Positions 13,679 through 29,712 of a DNA stretch of 64,000 nt are shown here, piece by piece. Positions within the stretch are counted from its first letter, which is position 1, and every line of letters starts with the position of its first letter. The translations under genes and the position numbers were made by a program. The notes beneath the pieces were generated by a model. The model saw only the letters and a program-made list of their open reading frames with translations, made no database searches and had not been told where the DNA came from. Source of the DNA: Eledone cirrhosa (lineage: Eukaryota); assembly GCA_964016885.1 (NCBI GenBank), contig OZ024742.1, positions 188,790,001 through 188,854,000 on the forward strand, in the 5' to 3' direction.

Positions 13679-13852
<174 letters not shown>

Positions 13853-14289
13853 ATATATATTTATATATAGTGAAAACTGTAACGGGAACGAAAACAGAGA
13901 GGCAGTACAAACAAAGGTTTATTAGTTTCACGCTCATGAAAGTGTGGCGGGGAGGGGGGCCATATATATATACAACCACACGAAACCGGCTGCATGATAT
14001 ATAATTGGTTAATTTGCACGCATTATACTATGTTTTATTTAATTTGTTTCATGCCTCTTGCATATATATGTGTATATATATGTTCTTAGTGTACTGATAC
14101 TAGATGTCGATAGAAAGGTACGTGTCGATATATAATAAGGTTATGTTAATATGTGAGGGAACATATAAATTAAACTGCACAAAAGCTGGAAAGTCGAATG
14201 AAAGAGTGAAAGCATTACATGCAGGCATTCATGTATATATATATATATGTATATATGTGTATGCATGTGTATATTGATATATGCATATA

Positions 14290-14331
<42 letters not shown>

Positions 14332-14332
14332 C

Positions 14333-14373
<41 letters not shown>

Positions 14374-14374
14374 C

Positions 14375-14631
<257 letters not shown>

Positions 14632-14683
14632 TATATATATATAAAAATATATATGTATATATATATTTTTATAATATATATAT

Positions 14684-14714
<31 letters not shown>

Positions 14715-16130
14715 TTATTTTTATATATATACATATAATGTTAAATCATGTATAATGTGTTTGTGTGTGTGTTGTGTTTGCATCCATTTGAAATTATTAT
14801 ACTCATAATAAACTGCAGCTGCGTTGAGCAAGAAATCTAAACAATAGTTGCTCTTGTGTCTATAGTGCTATTTCTGATATAAAATATTATCAAAGTCCCC
14901 CATACATTGCATATTCCCATTGAACAGCTTTTTCTTCTTGTTAATATCATAGTTAACGGCCATTTTTGTTATGAAACCATCTTTCTTCATACAGTCACCA
15001 ATGAGCGCCAACAACTTTGGCCCCACCATCACCCAGCTTGATATCATTCTCAATTTTATCATGGACATCTTCATCATCATCGTCGTCGTATACAACCTAA
15101 GTATCATCATCGTCGTTGTCTACAACCTAAGTATTATCATAATCGTTTTCCACATAAGCGCCCTTACTTTCAACCACCTCCTACGCTTTCTCCTCCTCAT
15201 CATTAATACCATTATGATCGTCATCATCTTTTATTTTCCACAAGGGTTATGATAACACTAATATTTTCAGTGAACCACCATTATCACCTCTCCCATTTTA
15301 TACCCTATTTATTTACTGAGGCTGTCAGCGCTTCTATTACCACTACTAAAATTAACGCCAGGAATGTTTCAGAGAACATAATAAGCATCCACTCTTTTAG
15401 AACTAATCCATTAACCTGTTTCTATTACGATCATAACATGAGCGACGAAGTGGAAAAGTCGTTGGAAAGTAGGTTATAATCCTTCGATTTATTCGTCCTG
15501 TTTATCTTCGCACTCAGTTCAATTCCCGTTGAGCTCAACTTTACCTTTCATAATTCCGACGACGATAAATATAGCACCAGTTTAATACTGGAGATAATTT
15601 TTCTTCTGTGTCTCTTTCTCATTTTCCTTCCATCAATCTGTGTTTAGAACTAGAGAAGGCTAGCCTCCACCATGTTTTAAATGCCTAAGACAATTATATC
15701 ACTTATAGAATGAGGGTTCATCTACGACTTCATATATCGTTACGGGGCCGATGACATGGCTAAGTTTGGGTGCCATTTGCTGAGTCCAGTAAGGGCCTGG
15801 TCTTTAATTTGACGGTATATTCCTCCCTCCCTCTTTGTTATTTCTCTCACACAATTTTTGGAATCATTAACAGTGATCATGGACACCGTCAGTGAAAAAA
15901 CTTGAAAACATATACGTAGGCATGACTATAATTTGGGGATCACCCTGACAGCATGTCACCCAGGACAAGTGTCTTCTGCAATAAACCAGCGTTGACCAGT
16001 GCATTTTGAGTAAAATATTTAAGATGGAGACTGCAGAAGCCCGTCGTACACACACTCACACACACACACACGCACACGCACACACATACACATAGATATA
16101 GACATAGACACACACACATACACACACACG

Positions 16131-16183
<53 letters not shown>

Positions 16184-16710
16184 GAGGTGGGGGTATTTAG
16201 TTTGATGAATTTAATTTAATCACCTAACTTAACAGATCAAAAAAAGATATTGATAATTATATTTCAAACTCAAAGAAAATACTGGAGCATATTCGTTCGA
16301 CTAAAGTAACTGGAGCTCCAGCATGGGCGCATTCTAATGACTGAATATATTATGAGAATAAAAGAATAAAAGAATACAAAATCCCCCTATTTTCAAATCA
16401 CGTTCAGCAACGAGAATAATATCAGAAAGTGTGGCAACATGACTGCTGCAAGCATAAACATCTTAAATCTTTTCATATACATCATTCCATAACACCATTA
16501 ACATCACCGCCACAAACATAACATCACCGTAGTTTCAAAGACTACCCCAAACAAAAATATCTACAGACTCGAACACACAATACTCCATTATTTCCTTACC
16601 AAATGAAATCGATAATAAAGACCAAACCACCATGACAGCTACTATTATATTAACCATAATACTTTATCCCTAACAAATCTTTCCAATAAAAATTACGAAA
16701 TTTCTCTATC

Positions 16711-16751
<41 letters not shown>

Positions 16752-16802
16752 GTACATAACGATAGAGAAGTTTATATATGTACGTATGTATATTATATAT
16801 AT

Positions 16803-16838
<36 letters not shown>

Positions 16839-16869
16839 GTGTGTATGTATGTATGTATGTGTGTGTGTA

Positions 16870-16921
<52 letters not shown>

Positions 16922-17506
16922 TGTGTGTGTGTGTCTGTGTGTATATATATATTGTTAACTTCTTTTTTTTCCAAGAGTTTTAATATCATAATTTTTTAGT
17001 TATGCCTTCATTCAAAATCATCATCTTTTTCATTTTCCCTTAATAGGGAAACCTCATTGAAATCAGCCACGTTTATCAAAGATTTCGATATTCAGAAATT
17101 TTATGTTGTGTTGTTTTTAGATGTTCTATATATCTACTTTTTAAATTTATAAAAATATTTCTTAGAAAATTAGTTTACAAAAATGCTAATGAAAGCATAC
17201 TGCCTTCGTAACCATACTTCTATACATATACAGGAATTTTAGCATGAAAAAAATTAAGAACAAAATGGAATATTAAAAATTCTGAATTGTATTTAATTAA
17301 AACGTTGCAGAAATTTTTTGAATCGAAGTGATGTAATTTACGTTATGGTGTGGTAAGGTATGTGATGATGTTTGGTAAAATTTTAAGGATGTATCGATCT
17401 GTGGAATGTGGAGATAAAGGCTTCTGTGTTAGTCAGAGAACTGATAAGTAGATTCTATAAAACTACGTTCATATTTCCATTACACACACACACACACATA
17501 CACACG

Positions 17507-17540
<34 letters not shown>

Positions 17541-17583
17541 TATATATGTATATATATATATATACATATATATATATGTATAT

Positions 17584-17615
<32 letters not shown>

Positions 17616-17616
17616 G

Positions 17617-17723
<107 letters not shown>

Positions 17724-17953
17724 AATATATATATACATATGGAAGGGGCATATGATTTTTATAAAAACGTGTGACCACTTTTGTATGAATGAGTACTGTG
17801 AGTCTTTTTATAAGATACTTTTAGCTCACCCAGATTTATGAGGTAGATAATGTATATAGCTTTCCATAGTTTTATATGGGAAGGTGATAGAAATGACTGA
17901 TTCAGTCGAGGAATCTTTTATACATACGCACACATACACATGCAAATATACAT

Positions 17954-18014
<61 letters not shown>

Positions 18015-18039
18015 TAAATATATATATATATATAAAATA

Positions 18040-18130
<91 letters not shown>

Positions 18131-18133
18131 ATA

Positions 18134-18257
<124 letters not shown>

Positions 18258-19884
18258 TGTTCGTCCTGAAAATGTATAAAGCAAAATAAGGTTTAGTACC
18301 GTGGCAACGCTGCAAATTTGCGGTACATCATTACAAGGCTGAATGGGAGTCATATATCACAACACAATTCTTGAAACTTGTGATAAGGATCTCAAAAGAG
18401 ATTGCAAACATATATGTTAGAGAAAGGAATCAGGTGAACATCATGCTTCCGTGAAGATTAACTTTCAGGTAATAGTGACGTGGATTGTTCTCAAATGAAA
18501 ATTGCAGCTACTACATGAATGAAGCATGTGAGGATTAGATTAATGTATAAAAGTGAGAGTAATGCACCTATTAATGAGTGGTTATTACATTCATGAGGTT
18601 CCACGTTCGATCGAAGTGTGTGGCATACTGGCCAAGAGGCTTTACCCTCATGTTGGGCCGACCAAATCCTAAGTGAACTATTATACATGAAGATATATGA
18701 AACCCAGGTGGATGGATTTGACTTGTAGTACAAAGGTCCAGGCTTGTCACCTCAAATATCATGCCACTTTGCCTTGGAAAATACGTTAAGGCTAGGCGTG
18801 AATGTGGAATATTCAATCACTTACACTATAATACAAGATTGATTGTATCTGCAATTCAATGCAATGCAACCGGGTTAAAATCCAACCCCATGAATCTCTG
18901 AGCTTGGAAAAGACTTCAATGTTTTACACGGTAACCAATCAGAATATGACATGCTAAGCGATCTTACATTAGTTAAACGATGCTCTGTCAAAATGAAATA
19001 AGCATAAATCATATAATAAATAAGAATTACAATATTTAAAATCTTCATACATTCCGCCCAGCCAGCTCTTTTCAATAAACTAAAGGAAAGAATACCAGGA
19101 ACTATCCTTCATTTAGTTCTACTAGTCCACGCAGGTCAAGTGGATGTTGGACGGGATGCAGAATTTGAACACGAGACGTAGATATACTGCAAAGATCTAA
19201 CACTTCTATTAGTCCACCGCCCCATAGTCTGATATTTTGCTTATAACGGCGGGATTTGAGCTAAGTGCGCCGAGAACTAGAGAACATCCCGAAATACATT
19301 ACATGTATCGCTAAATCGGCTCAACCAACGGCCGCCATGTTTCATATGTTATATTATATACAGCGATCAATTGACGTGACGTTGTTGTATTAAGTGCCTC
19401 TGTGTTTGTTCCGATTCATTGCGCTCTGAGTTCAGATCAATCACGGTCATCGTTACTTTTCATCATTTCCGTGTCGATAAAAAAGTACCAGTCCATGGTT
19501 AATTGATTAGTGGCAATAATAAAGAGTAGAGACGTTGAAGTATCTGTTGCGGGTCTGGGTGTGCTTAGTTCAAAACCTGTCTTCTTCTGTCAGGAGTTGA
19601 GCCCGGCAGAAATTATCAGCAGCTGAATGACCGATAGCAACTTTGTTTCCTTAGTCCTTGCTGACAAGCAACACCTTTCTTTTATAATATCACAAACGAC
19701 AAATAATTAATCGTTTATTGCAAAATAGTCTCTCAAAGACCAATTTTATCAAATAGCAGGTTTCGTTTCTTAACACACTATACGTGTTATTTATTAAAAG
19801 CATTGTTTAGAGAGATTTTAGTATTTCCAGTACTTATGATTTTATATGATCCAGTAATTCTGATAACATTCGTTTGAGAATTAA

Positions 19885-20260
19885 AATAATTGTTACTACT
19901 TTTGGCACAATGCCAGCAATTACCCAGTGTATTAATGGTACTTTATTTTATCGACCCCATGAGGATGAAAGACAAAGTTAACCTCACCGGGATTTGAACT
20001 CAGAATGGCAAGGGCCGTAACTCTATGCGTTAAAGCATGGCGTCCGACCCTCTACCGATACTGGTAATCCACCGCCTTTAATAATTGTTTCTACTTTTGG
20101 CACAAGGCGAGCAAATACTCAGTGTATTACTGGTACTTTATTTTATCAACCTCATAAGGATGAAAGGGAAAGTTAACATCGGCGGGATTTGAACTCAGAA
20201 AGGCAAGGGCCGTAACTATATGCGTCAAAGCGTGGCGTCCGACCCTCTACCGATACTGCC
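19885..20260 (-). mobile_element. two head-to-tail tRNA-derived SINEs (19885-20076, 20080-20260)
   Basis: Same family as 7330 and 31417, with B-box and Meta-like core. Confidence 0.85.
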
Positions 20261-20507
20261 AAATAATATCAGTGTCCTAGACTTTTCAAGATTAATTAGC
20301 GATCGATAGTATCTTCTCACTGTTTCTATGACACCACCTCTCTCAATCTCTCACTGACATATATTTATATGTGTGTGTGTGTGTGTCTGTGTTTGGGTGC
20401 GCGCGTGTGTGTGTGCGTGTGTGTATGTGCGTGCGTGTGTGTGTGGGTGTAGATGCCTGTGTGTGTGTCTGTGTGCCATGTGTCTGTTTATCCGTATATA
20501 TATGTAA

Positions 20508-20584
<77 letters not shown>

Positions 20585-20643
20585 TATATGAACTTCTGAC
20601 TTTATCATATAGCATGTATTCATTTTCTACTAGCATTTTAAAG

Positions 20644-20728
20644 GGTCCGTCGAGCTGCCGATTATAGAGTCGGGTAAGATCGATACAGATCGAAGCTTGA
20701 GCTGATCAGTGGCGAAACGCGCGTCATT
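20644..20728 (+). ncRNA. decayed hammerhead with extended stem II
   Basis: CCGTCGA (degenerate core)-GCTGCCGAT...ATCAGTGGC-GAAA-CGCGCG-TC; homologous to 27428, 55945 and 1995. Confidence 0.55.
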
Positions 20729-20785
20729 ACCAATAAATGTAATGAAGGAATACCAATCGTCCTTGTTATACTTTCTCTCTCTCTC

Positions 20786-20816
<31 letters not shown>

Positions 20817-20952
20817 ATATATATATATCCTTACATATTTATCCAGATTGTTTTGTTGTCCTCTATATATACCTATATATATAGATGGAGGTGTATATAT
20901 ACATATACATAGATACACTCATACATACATATCCGTTCACACACACACACAA

Positions 20953-21076
<124 letters not shown>

Positions 21077-21245
21077 ATATATATGTGTGTGTGTGTTTAT
21101 ATAAAAATAGTTTCATCTGCACCAGATAGGATAGCTCAATAAATAGAAGCAGGCTAAAAATGTATGATAAGTTTTATCATCAAAATTGAATTATGATTGG
21201 CTGTTTTGATATATTTTCAATGAGCCATAATAATAAGCAACATTC

Positions 21246-21318
<73 letters not shown>

Positions 21319-21409
21319 AATATATATATATATAAAGATATATATATGTGTATATACATATATATATACATATATATATATATTCATATGTATATAATAT
21401 ATATGTGTG

Positions 21410-21522
<113 letters not shown>

Positions 21523-21682
21523 ATAATAATAATTGTGAAGACTAAAATCCAAAGAGGGCTCGATAGGGATAAATATATATATGAAATATATAAGAATCCT
21601 AGAGCGAATATTTAATAAAATACCAGATTAATGTTTACACAAAGTATCTGTTATTTTAATAAATATATATATATATATAAAT

Positions 21683-21722
<40 letters not shown>

Positions 21723-21723
<1 letters not shown>

Positions 21724-21908
21724 GTGGTGTTTTGGAATGCTGGTGTACGCAGGCTTACTGGTACACGGATGTTCCTGATGGTGTTGGAGATGACATCGTT
21801 TTTTAGGCAACGTTTCAGGAAAATATTTTGACAGCCAGCATTGGCCCATTTCTGCGACAGTCTAAACAGTTCCCTTACGGATGCAAACAATTCCTGGCTC
21901 AGGTGTAA

Positions 21909-21910
<2 letters not shown>
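21723..21910 (-). mobile_element. possible PLE ORF N-terminal fragment
   Basis: SVRELFRLSQKWANAGCQNIFLKRCLKNDVIS resembles the FLxRC motif at PLE ORF starts; isolated between two TA tracts. Confidence 0.4.
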
Positions 21911-21974
<64 letters not shown>

Positions 21975-21980
<6 letters not shown>

Positions 21981-22326
21981 AACAACGAACAGCGGAGGAC
22001 ACGTTTCGCACCTTTCCAACAGACAACCCCCCCCCCCCACACACACACACACACACCCACACACCGGAAAAAACGCCAGTTGATGGATGTGAATCCGAAA
22101 TATATAGCGACAATTAAATCTCTCCCAATGTAACTCATTCTCGTGTTGTTATTTTTATTTTTATCTTTTACGATCTTTCCTTCATTCCTCAACACCTTAC
22201 AATCTTATACACGCCACGCATCTCAACGTACACCTACTTACATCTCTCTCTCCACCACCGGATCTTGTTACCCGGAGATTTATCCATCTGCATTGTCGAG
22301 GCTTCCAAACGACTTAAAGAAATTTA

Positions 22327-22330
<4 letters not shown>
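21975..22330 (+). mobile_element. TA-flanked repeat (PLE-like tail), homologous to 30438-30760
   Basis: Colinear ~330-bp match; HHR-like motif at 22074-22109. Confidence 0.75.
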
Positions 22331-22361
<31 letters not shown>

Positions 22362-22375
22362 TGTATATATATATA

Positions 22376-22414
<39 letters not shown>

Positions 22415-22801
22415 CACACATATATATATATATATTTATTCAGGTTTGAGGTTCACCACTGTATAGAGCTGGTCTATTCCGTATGGTCAATCGTAATGCA
22501 ATAATATAGAGAGTACTCAACGTAAAGCTGACATTAACCCTGGCTTCTCTTCTTTCTTCCCCCTTCTTCTCTCTCCTTCCTTTCTTTCTTTCTTTTACCT
22601 TGTGTCATGAGATCGACGTTAACTTATGTTCCCATCCCTTTCTGTTTTTGTTTATCTGACTTGTAGTAGCATACTATAAATTTAGCCACGTCACTCCAGG
22701 GCGACCGGCTGAGGTTGAAGGAACAGAATAGCGGTCGGCCTCGGGTCCTCGTTTTTCAGCCCCATGGATTTTATCTATTACATTCACGTATTATATTTCG
22801 A

Positions 22802-22859
22802 ATACCTGATGATATCACCGGATTCATACGGAACCCGGTCATTGACATGATCATAGTAT
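22802..22859 (+). ncRNA. hammerhead (GAAA>GACA in this copy)
   Basis: atac-CTGATGA-tatcACCGG...CCGGTcatt-GACA-TGATCA-TA-gtat; the paralog at ~41555-41606 keeps GAAA. Confidence 0.65.
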
Positions 22860-22909
22860 AATAAACCTTTCAAGGATTTACACAAATCCAGCCTCCTGTC
22901 ATTTCATTA

Positions 22910-22962
<53 letters not shown>

Positions 22963-22987
22963 ATATATATATATATATATTATATAT

Positions 22988-23145
22988 TGGTAAAAGGAAA
23001 AGAAAATGCTGACAAATTGTTCCCAGTGAAAAATAGTTTAATTTGGAATAAGTAAAAATTAGTAATACGTATTGGTTAGTATTCAGTTTTGGTTTTAAGT
23101 TTCTACCCGTTTCGCATTTCTAATGCTTTACAAAAATAATTTTGA
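22988..23145 (-). repeat. 'family B' TA-anchored tail; copies at 26918-27106 (+) and 51211-51395 (-)
   Basis: Three colinear copies all end ...TTTACCAA(TA)n. Confidence 0.8.
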
Positions 23146-23175
23146 GGTCAACAGTTCAGGTGCCTATTAAGAAAA

Positions 23176-23273
<98 letters not shown>

Positions 23274-23480
23274 TTGCGTGTGTGTGTGTGTGTTTGCGTG
23301 TGTGTGTGTGTGTGCGTGTGTGTGTGTGTATGTGTGTGTGTGTGTGTGTGTTTGTGTGTGTAGCAGAGTAATTCGTGGTAGAGGTATCGGTCAGTAGGAA
23401 TGTGTCTGTACGTGTGTGGGGATTATTATAACATGTTGAAAGATATTTTTCAGCTCTTGTCTTATACGGAGAAGTGTGTG

Positions 23481-23528
<48 letters not shown>

Positions 23529-24175
23529 TGTGTGTATGTCTCTTTGTATGTTAGTGTACGCGTGTGTATGTGTGTTTGTATATATATATGTGTGTGTGTG
23601 TGTATATTTGTGTATGTGTGAGTGTGTGTGTGGGTGGACCAGTATTTTTGTGAAACTGGTAAAAATGGTGCACATTATTCGATACTTTCAGCAAAAACGA
23701 TTCTCTCAAGAGAACATCAAAAACATTAATAATAAAAGGTGTGAAATGGTATATAGTATTGTCATAACACCAAGGTGTGTGTGAGTGTCCAGATTGTAGC
23801 TACTGCAAGTGGAATCCATTAGGCCCTGCCGTATTGGAATACTTGTATACAAATATGTATGTGCCCATCAGTGTGCAATGCATGTGTGCGTATATGTATG
23901 TGTGAATGTCGGCACGTTTATATCTATAGGCATGAAAAGGTATGCAAATTTGTGTATATTTGTGTTGCAACTTAGAACATGGATTCCCCTTGCAGTACGT
24001 ACAATCTGGACACTCACACACACCTTGGTATTATGACAATACTATATATCATTTCACACCTTTTATTATTAATGTTTTTGATTTTCTCTTGAGAGAATCG
24101 TTTTTGCTGAAAATATCTAATAATGTACACCATTTTTACCAGTATCACAGAAATACTGGTCCACCCACCCAACCA

Positions 24176-24206
<31 letters not shown>

Positions 24207-24425
24207 GTACACTAACATACAAAGAGACATATACACACACACACATGCACACTTCTCCGTATAAGAGAAGAGCTGAAAAATATCTTTCAACATGTTAAAA
24301 TATCCCCCACACACGTACAGACACATTCCTACTGACAGATCCCTCTACCACGAATTACTCTGCTACACACACACACACACATATATATATATATTTGTCT
24401 TAATAGGCACCTGAAGTGTTGACCT
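23145..24425. repeat. long fold-back, arms ~23145-23798 / 24000-24425
   Basis: Unique segments are reverse complements; internal (CA)n lengths differ between arms. Confidence 0.9.
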
Positions 24426-24653
24426 GTCAACATGACTGCAATTCACACACACATCCCTACTGACCCTTATCACAACAATGAACCTCTTTACTACACATAC
24501 ATACACACACATATTTGTCTTGAAAGACTTATTTTTCAGTGACTTACTACGAGCTGTCTCACCTATGTACACTATATTTTTTTTTTTTTTATATTTTTGT
24601 TTCTACATTGTCCAATGGACAATGGACAATGTAGAAACAAAAATATAGTCTAC

Positions 24654-24950
24654 AATGGACAATGTAGAAACAAAAATATAGTGTACATAGGTGAAACAGC
24701 TCGTAGTATAGGGGAACGAATAAATGAACACTGGCGAGACCTTCAAGATAATAAAGAATCATCTGTGCTCTACCAACATGCTAAGATAGAACACAGGGGT
24801 AGATTAGAGAACATAGAAATAAAAATAGAATCCACACACAGAAAAGATGCAATGTTTAGGCAAATTACAGAGGCAGTAAGCATAAAAGAATTACAACCAA
24901 AATTAAATAGAAAATATGAGTGGAACAGCAACATCACAACTTACAATTAA
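24654..24950 (+). pseudogene. GIY-YIG endonuclease C-terminal part of PLE ORF
   Basis: IVYIGETARSIGERINEH...SVLYQHAKIEH...RQITEAVSIKELQPKLN carries the YIG, R, H, H, E and N signature. Confidence 0.9.
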
Positions 24951-25158
24951 GGACAAAATGAAAACACACACACACATAGAACAAACAACCAACCAACAAT
25001 AAATAAATAAATAAATAAACAAATAGATAAATGAACACAAACACACACAGACACCCGGATGTGGCGCATGCGCAAACTGTGCACACAACACACACACAGA
25101 AACAAAATGGCGTAGGATAGAAGAAAGGAAAGGCACAGAAACAAAGAAAGGAATCCCC

Positions 25159-25203
25159 AGTCACTGAAGAGGTCACAGAGTGTGTGACGAAAGGACTATG
25201 ACT
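25159..25203 (+). ncRNA. PLE 3' hammerhead ribozyme
   Basis: agtca-CTGAAGA-gGTCAC agagtgt GTGAC-GAAA-GGAC-TA-tgact. Confidence 0.75.
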
Positions 25204-25361
25204 ATATATAAACAACTATCTGGTTGTGGAACCAACCAACCAAACAGAAATTTATAAGTTTGTAGATTTGTAAATTTATAAATTTATAAATATATAATAA
25301 ATTGAAGTGAAAGCAACTGGTGCGTGTGTTTCTTATTGGCAACATGACCCTCCCAAAGTAT

Positions 25362-25417
<56 letters not shown>

Positions 25418-26189
25418 TCATCATCATCAGCGAATGCACTCAATTACCTAAGATGAAGAGACAGCTGCGTCTTTCCCACCTCGTAAGACATCTTACTGTA
25501 AAATATACCAATATTTTTATCACTTTAATCATGATTGTCAATTAGATCATTTCTATCTAACTCTCACAACAAAACCCCAATATCATTCTCGCTCGCCCCT
25601 AACTTCCCTAATCATAAAGAAATGTATTCATTTAATTTATTTTTTTCATTTTTATTACACCTTTTCATGTATACATACACTCTTACACTGGTCTACACCC
25701 AGACCCCCAGACCCACTATCTTCTTCTCCCATTATATGTATGTATAACATCTTCAACACAATAGACCAGTTTGAAAATTACACCGATTGCGTGTAAGCTC
25801 CCCGGAGTTAACAAGGACTTACTTAGATCTAATATCAATAACCATTTATTGTAAAAATTTGAATTACTAAAGAACGTCAACCACAGTGAATTCATTCTTC
25901 TGCTTTCTTCATATATATATATATATATATGTTTATATATATACAATAAATCGGAGAGACGGTTTTAATCGTACATCTTCATACGAATGAAACCGCATCT
26001 TCTATTTATTATACTAAATTCCGGGTGTTACTTTTCAGAGAAAATCCTAAGGAATACAAATCGTTGAGTACTTTTTACATCTGTTTACCGAAACGCCGGC
26101 ATATCATTTGCTGAATCAACTTTCATCAACACAATCGGTACATTATATGGAAGGAATATATCAGGTTAACGTTTATATATATATATATA

Positions 26190-26335
26190 TAAAATCAAGG
26201 TTAAGCAAATAGAGAAAAAGTTTTAAAATAAATTTTAAAAAGTTCACTCTACTTACTATATGTACATTTACCGAAATTTTTAAAATTTATTTTAAAATTT
26301 GTTCTCTATTCTATTGCTAAACCTTCAATTTATAT
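26190..26335. repeat. short TA-flanked fold-back
   Basis: aaggttaagcaaatagagaaaaagttttaaaataaattttaaaa versus its imperfect reverse complement. Confidence 0.7.
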
Positions 26336-26843
26336 ATTCTGGCTGGTTAATTTATTAACCAGCCATAGAACCACATTGGCATACGGTTGGATAATTCTTG
26401 TATCCCTATATGTATTTTTTACACGTAGGAACACATACTTTCTTATTATTAATCCTCCCTAAGGTTGAGATAACATTTTGGTCGTTTGAACTGCTGCTAT
26501 TTCTAGTGGCAGGACATTGATCATTATGTAACTCAAACTTTCACAAAAACAATGTATTTGTTGTCTTAATCTCGATTTACCGACCATGCATAAACACAAA
26601 CGATTAATTTATCACAATACAAATTTTTCAGTTTGTATAATTGTTTGTATATCCAGTATATTTCATATACCAATAGTTGTTTCCAAAGAGTAAATGCATT
26701 TACCGTTATTATTACAGTCATTATTGACGGAACTATATATGTGGATTGGCAGTATCGGTAGCATCGGACACCATGGTTCGTGGCATGGCGTCACGGCCCT
26801 TTACACTCTAGTTTCAAATTCGACCGAGCAGGGTCGTGTTGTT

Positions 26844-26917
<74 letters not shown>

Positions 26918-27140
26918 TTAGAGCAAACATCACGGGCGCTTTATCTCAAAATTATTTTTGAAAACCATTAGAAATGCGCAACCGGTAAAAACTTAAAACT
27001 AAAACTGAATACTAACCAATACTTATTACTAATTTTTTTACTTATTCCTAATTAAACTAATTTTCACTGGGAACAATTTGTCACCATTTTGTTTTCCTTT
27101 TACCAATATATATATATATATTTATATATAAATATTTATA

Positions 27141-27281
<141 letters not shown>

Positions 27282-27427
27282 GCGTGTGTGTGTGTGTGTG
27301 CGTATCTGTCTGTGTGTATATGTGAGTGTGGTAAATCTTCCCTTAAATCACAAATGTAACATTCAGAATACTAATAATATGTAGATTGGAACAACTTATT
27401 AAGATTGCATCATATACATATTTTATT

Positions 27428-27520
27428 CACACATGAACTGTGTTGCGTTATCGATCAGCTCAAAGTACGGTCGATCACGATTGCGCCAGACTCTGTAATC
27501 GATAGCTCGTCAGATATATA
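27428..27520 (-). ncRNA. decayed hammerhead with extended stem II
   Basis: tatat-CTGACGA-GCTATCGAT...ATCGATAAC-GCAA-CACAGT-TC-atgtg. Confidence 0.55.
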
Positions 27521-28976
27521 AGGCTTTATCTGTAGATGCTGACATCCAAATGTGGTGAATATGGTAAGCGATTCTTTTTGTAGCGAATATTACACCAGTG
27601 TCACATTGGCGGTCAAATTTCTTTTTCCTATTTTCTTTTATGTGATTTGAATGAATATGGTCTTCAAAATTGTTAGAATTTGTTATAAAACCATTACGTA
27701 ATGGAGTTGTAAAACAGATACTATACTCAGAACGATACTTAAAACATTTTCAACATTAAAATATGAAAACTCCATAAATATTTTCTCCACTCATGACAAT
27801 TTCAAAACAGTCTCTTATTTGACGGTGTAGCTGCAACCACACAAGAAGAAAAAGAACAATAACATAAAAAGAATTACATACAGATAGGTAGATGAAATGA
27901 AAGTGTGAATGTAATTATTGGAGAAATGTAGTAATAAATAATAGAGAGGGTGACAGACTAGTCTGGTTCGTTGTTTTAATTGTCTTATTCTTAGGTCAGT
28001 CTATCTGTGTTAAAAATATGTAGTCTCAAGTCTAACATACCATGTTCAAATTCAGTTGTGAGGTAGTAACTACAACAACATCGCGATCTTGGATACCTTT
28101 ACGGCCTCTATTGCAACGTTTTGCCCCTGCATATACCGCGAGTGCAAGAAGGAATATATTTCTAAACCAAGCTTTTTAAGCCTTCTCCTATTTTCGGATG
28201 GTACTTTAACCTCCTGGTTGAACTAAGGCATCACCATGCCATTCAGAGTCACACAGACTCTGAAAGCTGAAGCAGAAACAGCCGAGTCCCTGTCCCGTTT
28301 CACCGCTTTCAGTGTTTTCAGAGAATTTGGATGTATCTGCATACCTGGTTCTGACATCCGCATCAGCCAGCGTTTACCAATTTGTGTGTCGCGTAACATC
28401 CAGTTTTGTGGGGTTTTTTATGGTAGACAATATCAGTTTGCAGATAAATATATGGTGGATTAGTCGCTATTTTCACACTGACAACCAACGAAGAATCAAA
28501 GAGATCACAGACTATATATCTATTGAGTATGTGTGTTTGTGTGTGTGTGTGTATGCGTGTGTATGAGTGCATGTGTGTGTATGACGCTCATAATAGAGAC
28601 ATCTGTAAAAGCATATAAAACATGTTATGGATAATAAACATAAGTCTCGCTGCGGTTATATTTTAATAAGTAAACATATTTTATATAATTTCGAGAAAGA
28701 AAGATAGAATGTGTAAAGTAATATGTTAATCAATATATAAATATAACTAGACACTGAAATATTTTACACAACTTTCATATAGTTAAGCTAGAATCAAAAT
28801 ATAGCAATAAATAGTTTTAAAAGTCCAGTATGTATCGATCCATCAGAAACCACGATGAAAACCTGAAATTTATTTGATAGCGATTAACCAATGCATCACA
28901 TGTTTTTCCTTGGCCAAAAGCATTAAATATATTAAAGTGTCCACAAATTTACATGCAAAGATAATAAATAATAGAC

Positions 28977-29066
<90 letters not shown>

Positions 29067-29427
29067 ATATGTATGTGTCAGGTCACCAGTGTCAGGTCAC
29101 CAGTTGGTGCTACTAGTAACATGTATCCCAGTACAACCTGTCCCATGGTCGGGTCGTTGGCGACTAAACTGGCAACCCCATCAAGGTTTCTTGGTGGGGA
29201 AGGTCACTTTGGACATCCTGCAGGACTATAAACAAAACCTGTCAAAGGGCAAAGGAGCTCTTAAGAGTCAATGGCCATCCAAAATCACCGGGAGAGATGA
29301 CCCCTTAGCCTTTGTCAAGGCAGAATTCTAGGAGAAGGAAAACTGATATAACACCTGCAACCCTGATGGTATCCAATGATGTTGACTTGTTCTTCTTTTT
29401 GGCAATTATCATCTTGGTTAAGAGAGT

Positions 29428-29697
29428 GGGACTGGCTTTGTGCAGTACCTTTGCTCACTATAAAAGCTTCACGGTACAGGCATTGCTTTATATCTGGAGA
29501 TCTCTCTGCACTTGTCGTCATATGGTACCATGGGCCCAGCACTATGTGTCAATAATTGTCACAAGTGTAGTGTTTGTACCAGAGTTTTCAAGTTGCTGGC
29601 TGGACTAAAAAGTCACACTCGTTCATCGCATCGGTAGGGGTTCTCCTACATGGATATAAAGTAGTGGCCGTACTCGAAAACGAGTTGGCAGCCACCA
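29428..29697. repeat. dispersed repeat, second copy at 37995-38264
   Basis: ~270-bp near-identical pair; both right ends GCCACCA(TA). Confidence 0.85.
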
Positions 29698-29712
29698 TAT
29701 ATGTATGTATGT

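Larger units (their letters stand above)
24546..25366 (+). mobile_element. 5'-truncated Penelope-like retroelement with 5' inversion, GIY-YIG end, 3' UTR with HHR, ending in (TA)n
   Basis: 24546-24580 is the reverse complement of 24672-24707; EN ORF; tail homologous to 48317 and 60076. Confidence 0.9.

Noticed and set aside
28200-28463. GC-richer stretch with a 75-aa ORF, possible exon
   Set aside because: No recognisable protein motif or convincing splice pair
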